Virus record (IMG/VR): IMGVR_UViG_3300009506_000004
Coordinates: 1-64,000 of that record
Reading direction: 5' to 3' (one strand)
Origin: a virus
DNA length: 64,000 nucleotides
Positions 42,413 through 53,547 of this stretch are shown here, piece after piece. The notes below the pieces were generated by a model. It saw only the letters and a list, made by a program, of their open reading frames with translations. It was not told where the DNA came from and did not search any database. How positions within the stretch are numbered: position 1 is the stretch's first letter; each line of letters opens with the position of its first letter. The position numbers and the translations under genes are program-made.

Positions 42413-43676
42413 CTTCTTTTCTTTCTATCGTTATATCTAATCCAAGCGCATTTAGTACACTTATAACTTCTTCAAAATCATGTATACTTGTCATAAAATC
42501 AAAATGATTTTCTATCAACCATTTAATCCAACATGTAACACAATTACTTGTTGGTTTTCGTTTAGCTTGATATCTTGAATGGTCAATACATTGAACAACA
42601 TCATCAATAACTTTAATTTTTGTTATCACAGTCATACCTCTTATGTATAATGTCCTTCAAAAACAAAATTAAGACCATAACATCCATAATCTTTTTTATC
42701 TGTAAAACCACAAAAACCAGTATGAGGAATTTGAATTGTTAATACAGCACCTTCTGGTGTTTCTATTTCAACATAATAATCGGTCTCTTTCTTTTCGACA
42801 TTAAGAATCTTCATTACAAATTCCCATAAAAACAGAAAATTTTTGTTTAGGACACTCTTGGCAAGGGTGTGCAAGTTTATTTAATGGGTGTTTACCAGTA
42901 GACACTGTACATTTACATTCATCACAATAATATCTAAAATAGCTACATTTTAATTCACCACAATAAAAACATTGACGCCATCTTTCCATAATGACTGATT
43001 TAGGTAATAATTGCATACCACCAATAAACCATTGGTACATAGCTTTAATGAAACGATTAATCACCACGTTCTGCCTGCGCTTCTGCTAACTTAGCAAGTT
43101 CATTTATAATAGTATATCTTATTTGATGCATTTCTGCTGTGAATGGCTTCCATTCTCCTCCATCCTTATATTTTTCAACACCCATCCAGCGATTACAAAA
43201 TTTAGCCAAATCCGTGTCATGGACAGCAATGTCATGGTTAACAAATGGTAAGTCAGAAATTAAATCACAATCAACCATAAACTTTTGTGGGCCACCACTA
43301 TTAGTCCATTCATCTAATAATTTAGCATTTTTTTCTTTGATGTCAAGCGCAATTTGCCTAATAAAATGATGGGCTAATAAAGTTCTAGAAGATTCTGGCA
43401 TTCTTCCTTTCATTTTCAGTATAATAGTTGATATATCACTAACTTTCATAATTTACCCTATAAACAAAAGCCACATTTTCCATAATGGGAATATCTATAT
43501 TTTCTGTAATTATAAAACCATTTTTTATAGTTTTAACTTTTAATAGTTGTTCACCATCAAAATAAAAAATATCCCCGCCGTCAATAGCTGCTAAGCGCAA
43601 AAATTCTTTATATCTTTTAATCCCAAACCAATGCCAAATTCTACCAAACATATCCTTTATTGGAGTTGAATTAATT

Positions 43677-44315
43677 TCAAAAGCGAATTTTTCTAAACAA
43701 TTCATTTCTATAATCCTCATAAAATCTCACATCATCATGGCCAGATCTTTTTGCCATATAATTATAGATTTCAATTTCACTTACAGGACCATAATATCCC
43801 CATAATTTGTAAATATTATCAACACCAATATCTAATGATCTACGTTGAGGGAAAAGAAAATCTAAATCTTCTTCTCTCATTCCGTGTATATGACCATATA
43901 AATGACCCCATCCCTTATGTGATCCATCCCAAAAAGCGTGTGGATAATGAGAAATAAATAATTTAATAAAATCATTGCCTTTATCATTATATGCTTTACA
44001 ACGTATTATATCAGGTATTTCTCCAAATATATTTGTATTTATCTGAGGTTTATCATGATTACCTCTAATTAATCTAATATGTCTACATTCTATTTTGGAT
44101 CTATATTTACCTGGAGTAGTCCAAGCAAAATCACCAGCTACAATTAATTCATCATCTTTATTAACTAGGTTATTTATTTGGTCTATTAAATGTTGGTCAT
44201 GCTCCTCAGTAGATGAAAATAATTTACCATCTGGGCCTACACGTGACATCATTTTAATAATGCCACCCCTTTCATTTATATGTCCAAAATGAGTATCAGC
44301 TGTAAAAAATCGCAT
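43677..44315 (-). CDS. Calcineurin-like metallophosphoesterase
   Basis: DTHFGH, GD, GNHD, HYP, GHIH. Confidence 0.9.
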   Translation of the reverse strand: MRFFTADTHFGHINERGGIIKMMSRVGPDGKLFSSTEEHDQHLIDQINNLVNKDDELIVAGDFAWTTPGKYRSKIECRHIRLIRGNHDKPQINTNIFGEIPDIIRCKAYNDKGNDFIKLFISHYPHAFWDGSHKGWGHLYGHIHGMREEDLDFLFPQRRSLDIGVDNIYKLWGYYGPVSEIEIYNYMAKRSGHDDVRFYEDYRNELFRKIRF

Positions 44316-44524
44316 TAACCTGGATCCACTCTTCCATAGCCACCAACACCACGACCACGCCTTGGATGCATAGGGGAAAGTGTATCGTGGTAAATTACTT
44401 GTGTTATTTGTTTAACTAATTTATTTTTTCCGCAAACTGGGCATTTTCGTTTTATTTCACCAACTTCTAATAAAAATTCAGATTCTCTTTCACATTCGTT
44501 ACATTTAAAAACGTAAATTGGCAT
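44315..44524 (-). CDS. FmdB-like zinc-ribbon protein
   Basis: MPIYVFKCNEC...CPVCG. Confidence 0.8.
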   Translation of the reverse strand: MPIYVFKCNECERESEFLLEVGEIKRKCPVCGKNKLVKQITQVIYHDTLSPMHPRRGRGVGGYGRVDPG

Positions 44525-44781
44525 CTTTTACTCCGCAAAAGGAATTATATTATTTCTACCAATAATAGCTAACCTATCAATAGAAGTTATAGATATAGGA
44601 TATCCATCACCTCTTAAACCTTCTACTTTAATAGCACCAGTATAAGTAAGACTTATATTTTGCACGGTTAAACGATTCATCCACATATGAGAACCACGTC
44701 TAACAGGGTAAACACAAATATCACCAACTTTGATCACTCGATCAAACATATCTTTTGCTTGTTCCATTTTAAAGTTCCTTA

Positions 44782-45555
44782 TTACATTTCCTTGTACCAA
44801 ATTCCCTCTGAAACGAGGGGTATATCATTTTCTTCTGCTATTTTTGTACAATAATTTTTAGAAATATCAGTTGTTGTACATGACCAACCATTTTGAATAC
44901 ACACTCTAAATGTGGTACCAGTACCAGCAAACGGATCAAAAACAGTACCATTTTCTGGTGTGGACATCAATAAACAATCTTCAATTAATCCTTCTACTAA
45001 TTGTGTTTTATGCCATTTCCTTCTTTGTTTACTATTTCCTGTTATTCGTGCATATTCCAAAAAATCAGTATACCAAACATCACCGGGTACACGGCCTTTA
45101 GGATTCGCTCTCTTATCCCCTATCTTCATTCTCTTACTTTCACAGCGTGTTTTGTCTGGGAATCGTGTAGCGTCATTTCTCATAAGGCGGATGATTGGCC
45201 GGAAATTATTGGCAAAATCATAATTGTTATGCTCCCCAAAAGTAAACCCTTGTATCAATAAGCGCGGTTCAATTCTATACTGTGAAGCTAAACAGTATAA
45301 AATATGCCCCATTGCCATAAAATATTTAGCATTAAAGCTAATAAATGAAATTTTAGCGTGTCTAAAACAAGTCCTAACTAAATTTTCTAAAAGAGAATAA
45401 TATGTTGTATCATCTAAATGATCATCATATTCATCATATTCTAAACCAATATTATCAGGTGGATCTGCAAATATTGTATCAAATTGACTAAGTACTGGCA
45501 TCATATTATGCGTGAACTTTTGATAATTACCATGAAGTATTTTATACTTTGGCAT
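44782..45555 (-). CDS. Beta-class N4/N6 DNA methyltransferase (DPPD variant)
   Basis: IFADPPDNIG, GDVW, H.TQ, VFDPFAGTGTT. Confidence 0.85.
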   Translation of the reverse strand: MPKYKILHGNYQKFTHNMMPVLSQFDTIFADPPDNIGLEYDEYDDHLDDTTYYSLLENLVRTCFRHAKISFISFNAKYFMAMGHILYCLASQYRIEPRLLIQGFTFGEHNNYDFANNFRPIIRLMRNDATRFPDKTRCESKRMKIGDKRANPKGRVPGDVWYTDFLEYARITGNSKQRRKWHKTQLVEGLIEDCLLMSTPENGTVFDPFAGTGTTFRVCIQNGWSCTTTDISKNYCTKIAEENDIPLVSEGIWYKEM

Positions 45556-46759
45556 CTTCTAATTCCTTTATATTAGCCCGAGCATCTCGCATACTTTTTC
45601 TATGTTTAATTAAATATGCCTGTAATATTGCCATACTTATATTTAATTGGCTAACTTTTTCACCAAATTCACTAGCATTTTTACATCCGGGGAAAAATCT
45701 TTTATACATTTCTCTTGCTTGGTAAGCAGTAGCATTTGGTAATGCTATTTTTAAATCTATCCTACCTGGGCGAATTAGTGCTGGATCCAATTTATCTACA
45801 TGATTAGTAGTCATAAAGACTAAGCGCCCTTCTCCTGCATTTACACCATCAAGCGCATTTAATAAAGTTGATAAATTAGGGCCATTGTTTTTTTCGTCTC
45901 TATTTGCAAGTATACAATCAATATCCTCTAATAATAAAATACTTTTACCATAAATTCTTGAAAAAAGATCTGATAGCTCTTTATCACCCATACCATTAAT
46001 ATTAGCAATATAAATATCTAAATCTAATTCACTTGCTACAGCTGTAACAAGTGATGACTTTCCATTTCCAGGAGATCCACATAGTAAATATCCTCGTCTC
46101 CATGGGACACCAATTTTCTTAAACCATTGTTCAGAATTAAGAAATTCATTTATATCATTTAATAATTCTTCTTTTATACCAATTGGTAAAATTACGGAAT
46201 CTATTAATCTTTTTCTTCTCTTAGCAACTTGCTCCCAACTTCCATATTGTGGTTCTCTTATATTTATAAAAGACTCTCTTTCCTGCTCTGATACATTTTT
46301 ACATTCATCAATAAAACCCTTGACTCTTTTTCTATTTCCAATCATCCTGATTTTCCAAGATTCCCTGAAAACAGCATTTGTAAAATCTGATCCTTCTTTT
46401 CGTATTCTAGTAATAATAAGTGGTCTATACCTCCACCATAATAAATGGCTTCCAGGTGCTGGTGTAATACTAGAGCTATTTTTAGAAATAGAAATCTTTT
46501 TAGATTCTACAGTTATCCGTTTTGACTTACTTGAATACTTATGCTCAGCTAACCAATCAGTCACCCATTTAAATGCGTCAGTTTTATCTGGAATATCTAT
46601 TTCAGTTATAAATAAAAATCTAGAAATTCTAATTAATCTAAGAGGTATCCTTTTTAGATAATTAAGAACTATAGCAAGCGCACCAAGAATAGCACCACCA
46701 GCGAGTAAATCATTTTTACTAATTTGTTCTAGTACAAATTTGTAAAGTTGTTCTAGCAT
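45542..46759 (-). CDS. BCS1-like AAA ATPase
   Basis: N-terminal TM and BCS1_N-like region (P.PG.HLLW); GVPWRRGYLLCGSPGNGKSS, LLEDID, LLNALDG, ALIRPGRID. Confidence 0.88.
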   Translation of the reverse strand: MLEQLYKFVLEQISKNDLLAGGAILGALAIVLNYLKRIPLRLIRISRFLFITEIDIPDKTDAFKWVTDWLAEHKYSSKSKRITVESKKISISKNSSSITPAPGSHLLWWRYRPLIITRIRKEGSDFTNAVFRESWKIRMIGNRKRVKGFIDECKNVSEQERESFINIREPQYGSWEQVAKRRKRLIDSVILPIGIKEELLNDINEFLNSEQWFKKIGVPWRRGYLLCGSPGNGKSSLVTAVASELDLDIYIANINGMGDKELSDLFSRIYGKSILLLEDIDCILANRDEKNNGPNLSTLLNALDGVNAGEGRLVFMTTNHVDKLDPALIRPGRIDLKIALPNATAYQAREMYKRFFPGCKNASEFGEKVSQLNISMAILQAYLIKHRKSMRDARANIKELEDAKV

Positions 46760-47412
46760 AATTAACTATCTGACCTAAGTTAAATAAACAATCGGATAAA
46801 TAACTGGCTAAAATAAAATCTGGTGTATGTAGCACATTATCAATAGAATACTTATTAAGCAAAGCTATTAATTCCTTTACAAAATCATCACTTATTTTAT
46901 CAGTCAGCATTAGTAAACTCCACTGGTTCACTAATTAAAGGTGGCATATAAGGACGAAGCACAAAATGAAGTTCAGGAATCAAGTCCCCTTGCTTCATTT
47001 CACTAGGAAGTACCACAAATTGAAATTGTGCATACTCCATCTCCGCACCAGTTTTTTTCATATTCTCTTCAAGTCCACGAAATATTTCAAGCAATTGTGG
47101 GCCACTAATATTACTAGACGATATCCTCATAGCAGCTAGTTTATTGATTTTCGACATATTTTTCCTTTCTTTCAATTATAACATTTTTTGGAAGCCTATG
47201 CTTTCTTGAGATACCTAATTCTTTTTTAATTAGAGCACGTGCTTCACTACAAGTGACAGCAACAACAGTACCACTTTGACCATTATATTCATAATACCAC
47301 TTATTAGGTATATTATCACCAAAATAGCCAGCAGCCCTATTTGCCCTACAAATTACACGATTCAAATAATTAATTTTAGCTTCCAGTTTATTTAGTAAGC
47401 ATCCTCTTGTTT

Positions 47413-47901
47413 TCATAATATTTCTTTCTGAAATATATAAGCCTCTACTATGTTACCATATCTTTCAAACTTATTTTCCTCTATTCTAACACATTTATAA
47501 CCCATTGTAACTAACCATTCAGAAATATCGTATGGATCCATTTTTCCAAAACAAGAAGTTACTGGAGTAGTAAATTGTATTAATTTAGCACCTAATTTAT
47601 ATACACTAAATTCTATTGAATTTAGAAATAATTCATCGGCTCCTATTTTCTTTCCAGCAATCTTTACAGCAAATTTGTGTATATATGCTATTTTTTCATC
47701 TTCCACATATTCTATCAAAGCAAATCCTATAGGTGTATGGTCAAGTGTTAATACCGATATTCTCCAATTTTGAAAATATTTTCCTATAGTCTGCCAATCA
47801 TTTGTTGTATAAGGAATTTCATTTGATTTTAAATCAATATCAACAAGATGATGCGCATCACCAGGTTGCATGGGTCTTATATCAATATTTAATTGTTCCA
47901 T
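47413..47901 (-). CDS. GNAT-fold acetyltransferase-like protein
   Basis: IRPM..GD start, IGFAL, IHKFAV..GKKIG, MGY; RimI-like pattern. Confidence 0.6.
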   Translation of the reverse strand: MEQLNIDIRPMQPGDAHHLVDIDLKSNEIPYTTNDWQTIGKYFQNWRISVLTLDHTPIGFALIEYVEDEKIAYIHKFAVKIAGKKIGADELFLNSIEFSVYKLGAKLIQFTTPVTSCFGKMDPYDISEWLVTMGYKCVRIEENKFERYGNIVEAYIFQKEIL

Positions 47902-47908
47902 TTACATC

Positions 47909-48904
47909 TTATCGTGCAGTATAAAACTTGGCTGGTCTTGCACAAGCTGCAAAAAAATCACCTTCTGCTGTACCATCAGATAACATAGAAAAAACAGTAG
48001 AATTTAATTCTTCACATTTTTTGTTATTTTCTTGTTCACTTAATTCTGTAAAAATATATCCACTTTTAATGGCATTCCACATTGTAATTAAGCGCTGCCT
48101 TAAACTAAATTGATATTCTTTTGAAACTTGGCTTTTATGATTTGCTATACGCAATAATGGAGGGCCAATGGGTGGTCTAGATGGTTTTGATGCTATTTGC
48201 TCTATACAAACAACCATTTTTTCAGACCCTACTTCTTCTCCCATCATCCACCCATACATAGATAATTGATCAGCCCAGTCAATACTCACATGCTCCATAT
48301 TAAATTCATTTATAGTTAATCCCATAAATTCTTTTGGTTTATATAATCCATGAGATTTATGATTTGAACGACTTGGTTTTAACCACCCCTCGCCATCCCT
48401 ACACAGTGCATATCCCTTATTTGGTGAAACAGGATTTTTACTACAATATCCATTTACTTTCCAGTCTAAAATTATATGAGCACCATTTTTATGAATAAAC
48501 CTACAATCAGGTTTACCAGATATAGGTATATCACAAATTGTTGAATAAGCTTCAAACTCAAATTTGGGATCTTCTTGTGCCCCTTCCATTAAATATAATA
48601 AATCTATATAAGCACCACAGTATTCATAATTTTCTAATATATGTTTACCTGCTTCTATAGCAAAATCCCTATTTTGTTTCTCTACTTGTGCTTCAAATAA
48701 TTTATCAAAAACATCATCTTTATTAAATAAGTCTTTTTGTAGTTTAGCTTTAACATATGCATCAAAAGCAGACCCAGCTGCTGCTGCTGGTAATTGTGGT
48801 TCTTTTTCTATTTTTGTTTCACATAAATAAGTTAAATAAAAACTCTCTTTATTTTTTTCAAATGTAGCTAAAGAACTAGGACTAATATTAGTAGGTTGTC
48901 TCAT
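47909..48904 (-). CDS. PD-(D/E)XK exonuclease-like protein
   Basis: SPSSL, GSAFD, GKPD, ILDWK, QLSMY. Confidence 0.8.
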   Translation of the reverse strand: MRQPTNISPSSLATFEKNKESFYLTYLCETKIEKEPQLPAAAAGSAFDAYVKAKLQKDLFNKDDVFDKLFEAQVEKQNRDFAIEAGKHILENYEYCGAYIDLLYLMEGAQEDPKFEFEAYSTICDIPISGKPDCRFIHKNGAHIILDWKVNGYCSKNPVSPNKGYALCRDGEGWLKPSRSNHKSHGLYKPKEFMGLTINEFNMEHVSIDWADQLSMYGWMMGEEVGSEKMVVCIEQIASKPSRPPIGPPLLRIANHKSQVSKEYQFSLRQRLITMWNAIKSGYIFTELSEQENNKKCEELNSTVFSMLSDGTAEGDFFAACARPAKFYTAR

Positions 48905-49848
48905 TCAAAACTCCAATGCTGCAAATACATTGACCACTCATCATTAGTTGGGGATGGAGAATATCTTGCATTCATACCAAAACCAACTTGATTAGGACCA
49001 GAAGTAAAAAAACTAGTCCTACTAACTGAAATTAATGTAGACCAACCATATCCAGTATTAGAGTACTTAAAATATAAATTAGTTCCATTATCTTCCAATT
49101 GAAACCAAAAACATTGTGGCCAAATAACATATCTACCATAACTTTTAACCCATCCATAACCTGTTGTTTCATCTGTATAATTGTAAACAGCTAAATCACC
49201 ATCGTTTCTCATAAAAATAGCTGTAATCTTAGACGTGCTACTTTCTCTAAACCACATTTGAGCTAATGGTAATTGATTAACAGCATCCCTATCTCCCCAA
49301 GCTGACCATGAAAATCTCCCACTAACTGAATATGGTGTCGAGGGTGCACTAATTACTAACCCTTGCAAATTAGGTCCACCCAATGTATGTGTAAGGCAAG
49401 TTAATCTAATTTCACCATTATCCATTTCGGTAGCAACTGCATCCCCTTCTGTAGAATTTTGGTTAACCCATGTCCAATCAGTTAAATCAATAGCATTATC
49501 TGAGCCATCCATCATATGACCTACACCTTTTCCCTCGCCATATAATGGAACCCTATCAACCATATATTGATTCAATGCAGCAGCAGTAATAATAGAATGA
49601 ATATAAGTACCAGCTGAATGTGAGGCAGCTGTTGTCCCTTCAACCTCTCTTTCTACTGTTAACTCGTTTGTATCAGAATCAACAGCAGTTACTAGCATAA
49701 TTTCACTATCAATAATAATACGGAAATCTTCTGAAGTTGGCAATCCACTTACAGTACTGGCCACTAAAGTTGTAACACTGTCATTTATATCAGCTACTAA
49801 TGCTGCAACGTAACTATTAACTAATTGTTCTCTTTGAATTGCTGACAT
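48901..49848 (-). CDS. Putative virion/receptor-binding beta-rich protein, paralog 2
   Basis: FRIIID.EIMLVTA, TVER..G..AASH, WVNQ, EDN.TN, QVGF shared with 49851-50762. Confidence 0.55.
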   Translation of the reverse strand: MSAIQREQLVNSYVAALVADINDSVTTLVASTVSGLPTSEDFRIIIDSEIMLVTAVDSDTNELTVEREVEGTTAASHSAGTYIHSIITAAALNQYMVDRVPLYGEGKGVGHMMDGSDNAIDLTDWTWVNQNSTEGDAVATEMDNGEIRLTCLTHTLGGPNLQGLVISAPSTPYSVSGRFSWSAWGDRDAVNQLPLAQMWFRESSTSKITAIFMRNDGDLAVYNYTDETTGYGWVKSYGRYVIWPQCFWFQLEDNGTNLYFKYSNTGYGWSTLISVSRTSFFTSGPNQVGFGMNARYSPSPTNDEWSMYLQHWSFE

Positions 49849-49850
49849 AA

Positions 49851-50762
49851 CTATTCTTCCACCCATTGTACAATAGTAATGTTACCAGCTGCTGTAGTAT
49901 CATTTGAATTAACATAGAATCCAACTTGATCTGCACCATTTGTTAAAAATGTAGTTCTAGCCTCACTAGCAACTAATTGAAATTCCATTCCATTAGTAGA
50001 AGTATAAAACAAAATATTTGTATTATTATCTTCTATTCTGAACCAATGCGGAAACCCAAATAACCATACTTGAGCGCCATATAAATCAGCACTAAAAACT
50101 GTAGGGCTAGTGTATTTAAGAATTCTAAGTGTTCCATCTGCCAAACAAGCATGGGTTATTAACCTAGAAGAAACACTATCTCTAGCAACTATACCACAAT
50201 GCCCAGCTGTACCACTTCCACTCCAGTTAGGTTGTGGTATAAATGCAGCTGTAACTGTCCAAGGTGCAGATTGAGGGATTGCTTTTTGTAAAACTCTCAA
50301 ATTGGCACCAGTACCTGTTTGTGCTATTAATTGTATTCCCCCACTGGATAAATCAGATACAGTAGATGTACCTTGATTAACCCATGTAAAATCAGTTGAA
50401 TCTATAACACTGCCACCACTTACGAGACTATTCATTGGTGCAAGTAAATTATCATCATCTACAAATGGAGTATAATCCATCAATAAACGCTTCATAGATT
50501 CTTTTGTCAAAATTAAAGAAACAACAGCTTCGTCACTATGTGATGCTGCTTCTGATCCACCATCCCCTCTTTCTACAGTGAACGTGTAACTAGAAATAGC
50601 AGTTACTAGCATAATTTCATTATCAATAATGATACGAAAGTTTCCAGCTGATGGAAATTGAGCTACGCTATCAACTATTACTGATGTAGTAGTTGAATTT
50701 ATACCACCATTTAAAGTAGTCTGTGCCCCATTTGAAAATTGTTCAAATTTATTTGTGCCCAT
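49851..50762 (-). CDS. Putative virion/receptor-binding beta-rich protein, paralog 1
   Basis: S/T-rich; same motifs as its neighbour; lectin-like C-terminal region inferred. Confidence 0.55.
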   Translation of the reverse strand: MGTNKFEQFSNGAQTTLNGGINSTTTSVIVDSVAQFPSAGNFRIIIDNEIMLVTAISSYTFTVERGDGGSEAASHSDEAVVSLILTKESMKRLLMDYTPFVDDDNLLAPMNSLVSGGSVIDSTDFTWVNQGTSTVSDLSSGGIQLIAQTGTGANLRVLQKAIPQSAPWTVTAAFIPQPNWSGSGTAGHCGIVARDSVSSRLITHACLADGTLRILKYTSPTVFSADLYGAQVWLFGFPHWFRIEDNNTNILFYTSTNGMEFQLVASEARTTFLTNGADQVGFYVNSNDTTAAGNITIVQWVEE

Positions 50763-50774
50763 ATTTTTACCCGT

Positions 50775-51854
50775 TTATTCTACCTCTCGCTTACGCCAAT
50801 ACCTAGCTTCTTTTGGTATTCCATCATCAGAAAATTCTCGGTATTTAAATGTAATTTTTTCTCCTAGTTTAAAATACAGTCCTTGAAAATTATTGGGCAT
50901 TTCTTCACCAGGATGTTCTATGGCATACGAAACCATATCATTTGTTTCAAATCTTCTTTCTACATCTGTAAATCCTGATAATTCTAGGCGTTTTCCATTA
51001 TAATCTAGTATAATAGAACCTATTAGACCTAACAATTTTGAACCTTTATTTGTTTCCCTCCCACTTATAAAGCCTATGATAGTACCTTCATCATCATTCC
51101 ATGGTTTAAATTTAAGGCATGAGGAAACACGTTTTGGTGTCCATTTAGAATTTGGATTACGTAGAATTATACCTTCTGCACCTTGCTCTAATAAATTATC
51201 TAAATGTCTATTTAACTGAATTAGTGCTTCATTTTTATCATTTGGTAATATTATTTGCCTATGTATATAAACTTGATCATCCCATTTATTCCAACTTCTC
51301 ATAGCAAATAACTCTTGTTCAAAAGAAGCATTAATTGGTGGTGCTATTAATTGCTTTTGAATACCATTCAACCATATTTTTATATGCTCCCAATTAATAG
51401 AGACATGCATATTAGTATTATTTATAATTCCTGTTTGAAATAAATTAGCCCATGGTGGACTTGAAAAAACAGCAAAATAAATCTGGTCAAACCTAGCATC
51501 TGGCTCATCACCACCACATATAGAACGACATAATTGAAAATTTCCACGGCCAGCCCAAAGTTCACCATCGCACGGAAATGGCGGTAATTTATTTATAAAC
51601 CAATCAGGAACTATAATTGGGTTTCCATATCTAGACCAAAGTCCAGTTGAAAATGGTTTTATTTTTGTTTTTAATTCACCAGTTTTAGGATTATTTATTG
51701 AAGCCCATGGTACATCAATAGTTCTTATACCACGAGTAATACCACCATCCCATAAGCATCTTGTCCCATCCAATTTTTCTGATAAGAACCACCCAGTTAT
51801 ATCATCTTTGCCAGGTCTAAAAGTTTTTGCTAATTGTAAAAACTCTCTTTTCAT
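50775..51854 (-). CDS. ATP-dependent DNA ligase
   Basis: SEKLDG.R, DGELW, EGIILR, LKFKP, C-terminal OB domain. Confidence 0.92.
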   Translation of the reverse strand: MKREFLQLAKTFRPGKDDITGWFLSEKLDGTRCLWDGGITRGIRTIDVPWASINNPKTGELKTKIKPFSTGLWSRYGNPIIVPDWFINKLPPFPCDGELWAGRGNFQLCRSICGGDEPDARFDQIYFAVFSSPPWANLFQTGIINNTNMHVSINWEHIKIWLNGIQKQLIAPPINASFEQELFAMRSWNKWDDQVYIHRQIILPNDKNEALIQLNRHLDNLLEQGAEGIILRNPNSKWTPKRVSSCLKFKPWNDDEGTIIGFISGRETNKGSKLLGLIGSIILDYNGKRLELSGFTDVERRFETNDMVSYAIEHPGEEMPNNFQGLYFKLGEKITFKYREFSDDGIPKEARYWRKREVE

Positions 51855-52496
51855 TTATTCTCCAGTATACTTTTTAGCTATTTCCAGAAGTTTTATTCCA
51901 ACATAATCAGATGATTTATTTAATTTTTTTGCTATTTTCCTATTAGACAAACCCTCTATTTTTAACTGCATAATTTGCTGTTCTAAATCAGATAATTTAT
52001 CAATAAAATCATTAAACCAAATTTCACTAAATAAATTCCCGTCTAATGCTTCAATATCACTTATTTTTAGTTGTCTACTACTAATTTTATTTATCTTATC
52101 TTGACTCCATTCTCTTCCGTCATGGTGAAATAAACTTCCAGGAGGAATAGAAACTGGTAATTTTGACCTTACTACCCATTTTTTAACAGCACCTAGACAT
52201 TCCTTTTTGACATAGCCAATAAATCCATGCGCTGTAAAATTTTTCCCTAATGATTTATTTACAAACTCTGTTAGTGCTAGTAAAGATTCACCAATCAAAT
52301 CATCCTTTAAATTTAAAAATTGGGCATTATTTCTAATAAACCAATCAACTTCATTAATTACGAAACCTATCAATCCACTTATTAAATCATTTACAACTGA
52401 TTCATCACCAGCAGCTAACCTTTCCATATCTTCATTAGAAGGTATATGTTCATTTGGTAAATTATCCATTATTCCATTCCATTTTAATATGCTCAT
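51855..52496 (-). CDS. Sigma-factor-like HTH protein
   Basis: DDLIGE..LAL region-2-like segment; LSDLEQQIMQLKIEGLSNRKIAKKL region-4 HTH. Confidence 0.65.
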   Translation of the reverse strand: MSILKWNGIMDNLPNEHIPSNEDMERLAAGDESVVNDLISGLIGFVINEVDWFIRNNAQFLNLKDDLIGESLLALTEFVNKSLGKNFTAHGFIGYVKKECLGAVKKWVVRSKLPVSIPPGSLFHHDGREWSQDKINKISSRQLKISDIEALDGNLFSEIWFNDFIDKLSDLEQQIMQLKIEGLSNRKIAKKLNKSSDYVGIKLLEIAKKYTGE

Positions 52497-53082
52497 GAAT
52501 GTGTTGTATCTTCTATCAAGAAAAATTGTAATGGATTAAAATCTTGGTCTTTATTCCAAGCCCATTTATAACCGCGTGGGTCATAAAATTGCCGTTCTTC
52601 TTTACACCAAGCTACTGCGTGTGGCATTTTAGCAGTAGTGCCAAATACAACACCATCACCAAATAAAAATGCTTCAAAGAACCTTTCTTCACCTAACAAT
52701 GGAGTATGATCTATAATCATATTTCCATGCATTAATGCTGGATGTCTCTCTACCATAGTCATTGAATATCCTTTTAAAAGGAGGATATCTACAAATTCTT
52801 GTGGGTGAAAACTTCTAAAACAATATGGTTCTGGTGGTGCGTTTTCATCTAAAATTCTTTCCATACCATTGTGGCCCAATTGCTCTATTAGACTTTCCAT
52901 CGTCTCATTTAGTACCATCGCAAAAGATGCTACAACACATTGTGGTGATTCTGCTTTAATTAATTTCATTTCTTTTTCTTTTCTTTTTACTATTTTTTAT
53001 AGCTTGTCCATCAGCTAATGCTCTACGCTTTGCACTATTTCTACTTTTTGTATTTCCTTTTATATAAAAATGAATTTTTCCA

Positions 53083-53547
53083 TCATTCCAACAATAGCCT
53101 ACTTTTTCGCCCACAATTACTCTCTTCAAGGGCATTATCACACTCCTCCAGCAATTCATCTATTGTGGGTTGCTGATCCCAAGAACTTTTCCAATAATCT
53201 CTCCAATTAGGTTTTCCGAATAATTTTTTGTATTCTTCCGACATAAAATCAAAATTACATTCTTCTTTACTCGATGCGCCTAAAATCCATATCCCTATGT
53301 TATATTGTTCCCAAATAGGCCATTTTATTTTCTGTGCTTTAGTAAAAGCATATTTACCATAAACTTTAAAATCTACCCATCTAGTTCCAAATTCATTATG
53401 AGCAATATAAACATCTGGTATACCATATTGACTGATGTTTCCTGTTAATCTTTCTATATGCCATTTCTTAGCTTTTAAAAAATTAATCCATTTACCCTGA
53501 ATATAAAATTCAGGACCATGATAATTCCTGGGTTCAAAGGGTTCCAT
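53083..53547 (-). CDS. VRR-NUC/resolvase-like PD-(D/E)XK nuclease
   Basis: PE..IQ, GIPDV, WVDFK, T.AQ. Confidence 0.65.
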   Translation of the reverse strand: MEPFEPRNYHGPEFYIQGKWINFLKAKKWHIERLTGNISQYGIPDVYIAHNEFGTRWVDFKVYGKYAFTKAQKIKWPIWEQYNIGIWILGASSKEECNFDFMSEEYKKLFGKPNWRDYWKSSWDQQPTIDELLEECDNALEESNCGRKSRLLLE

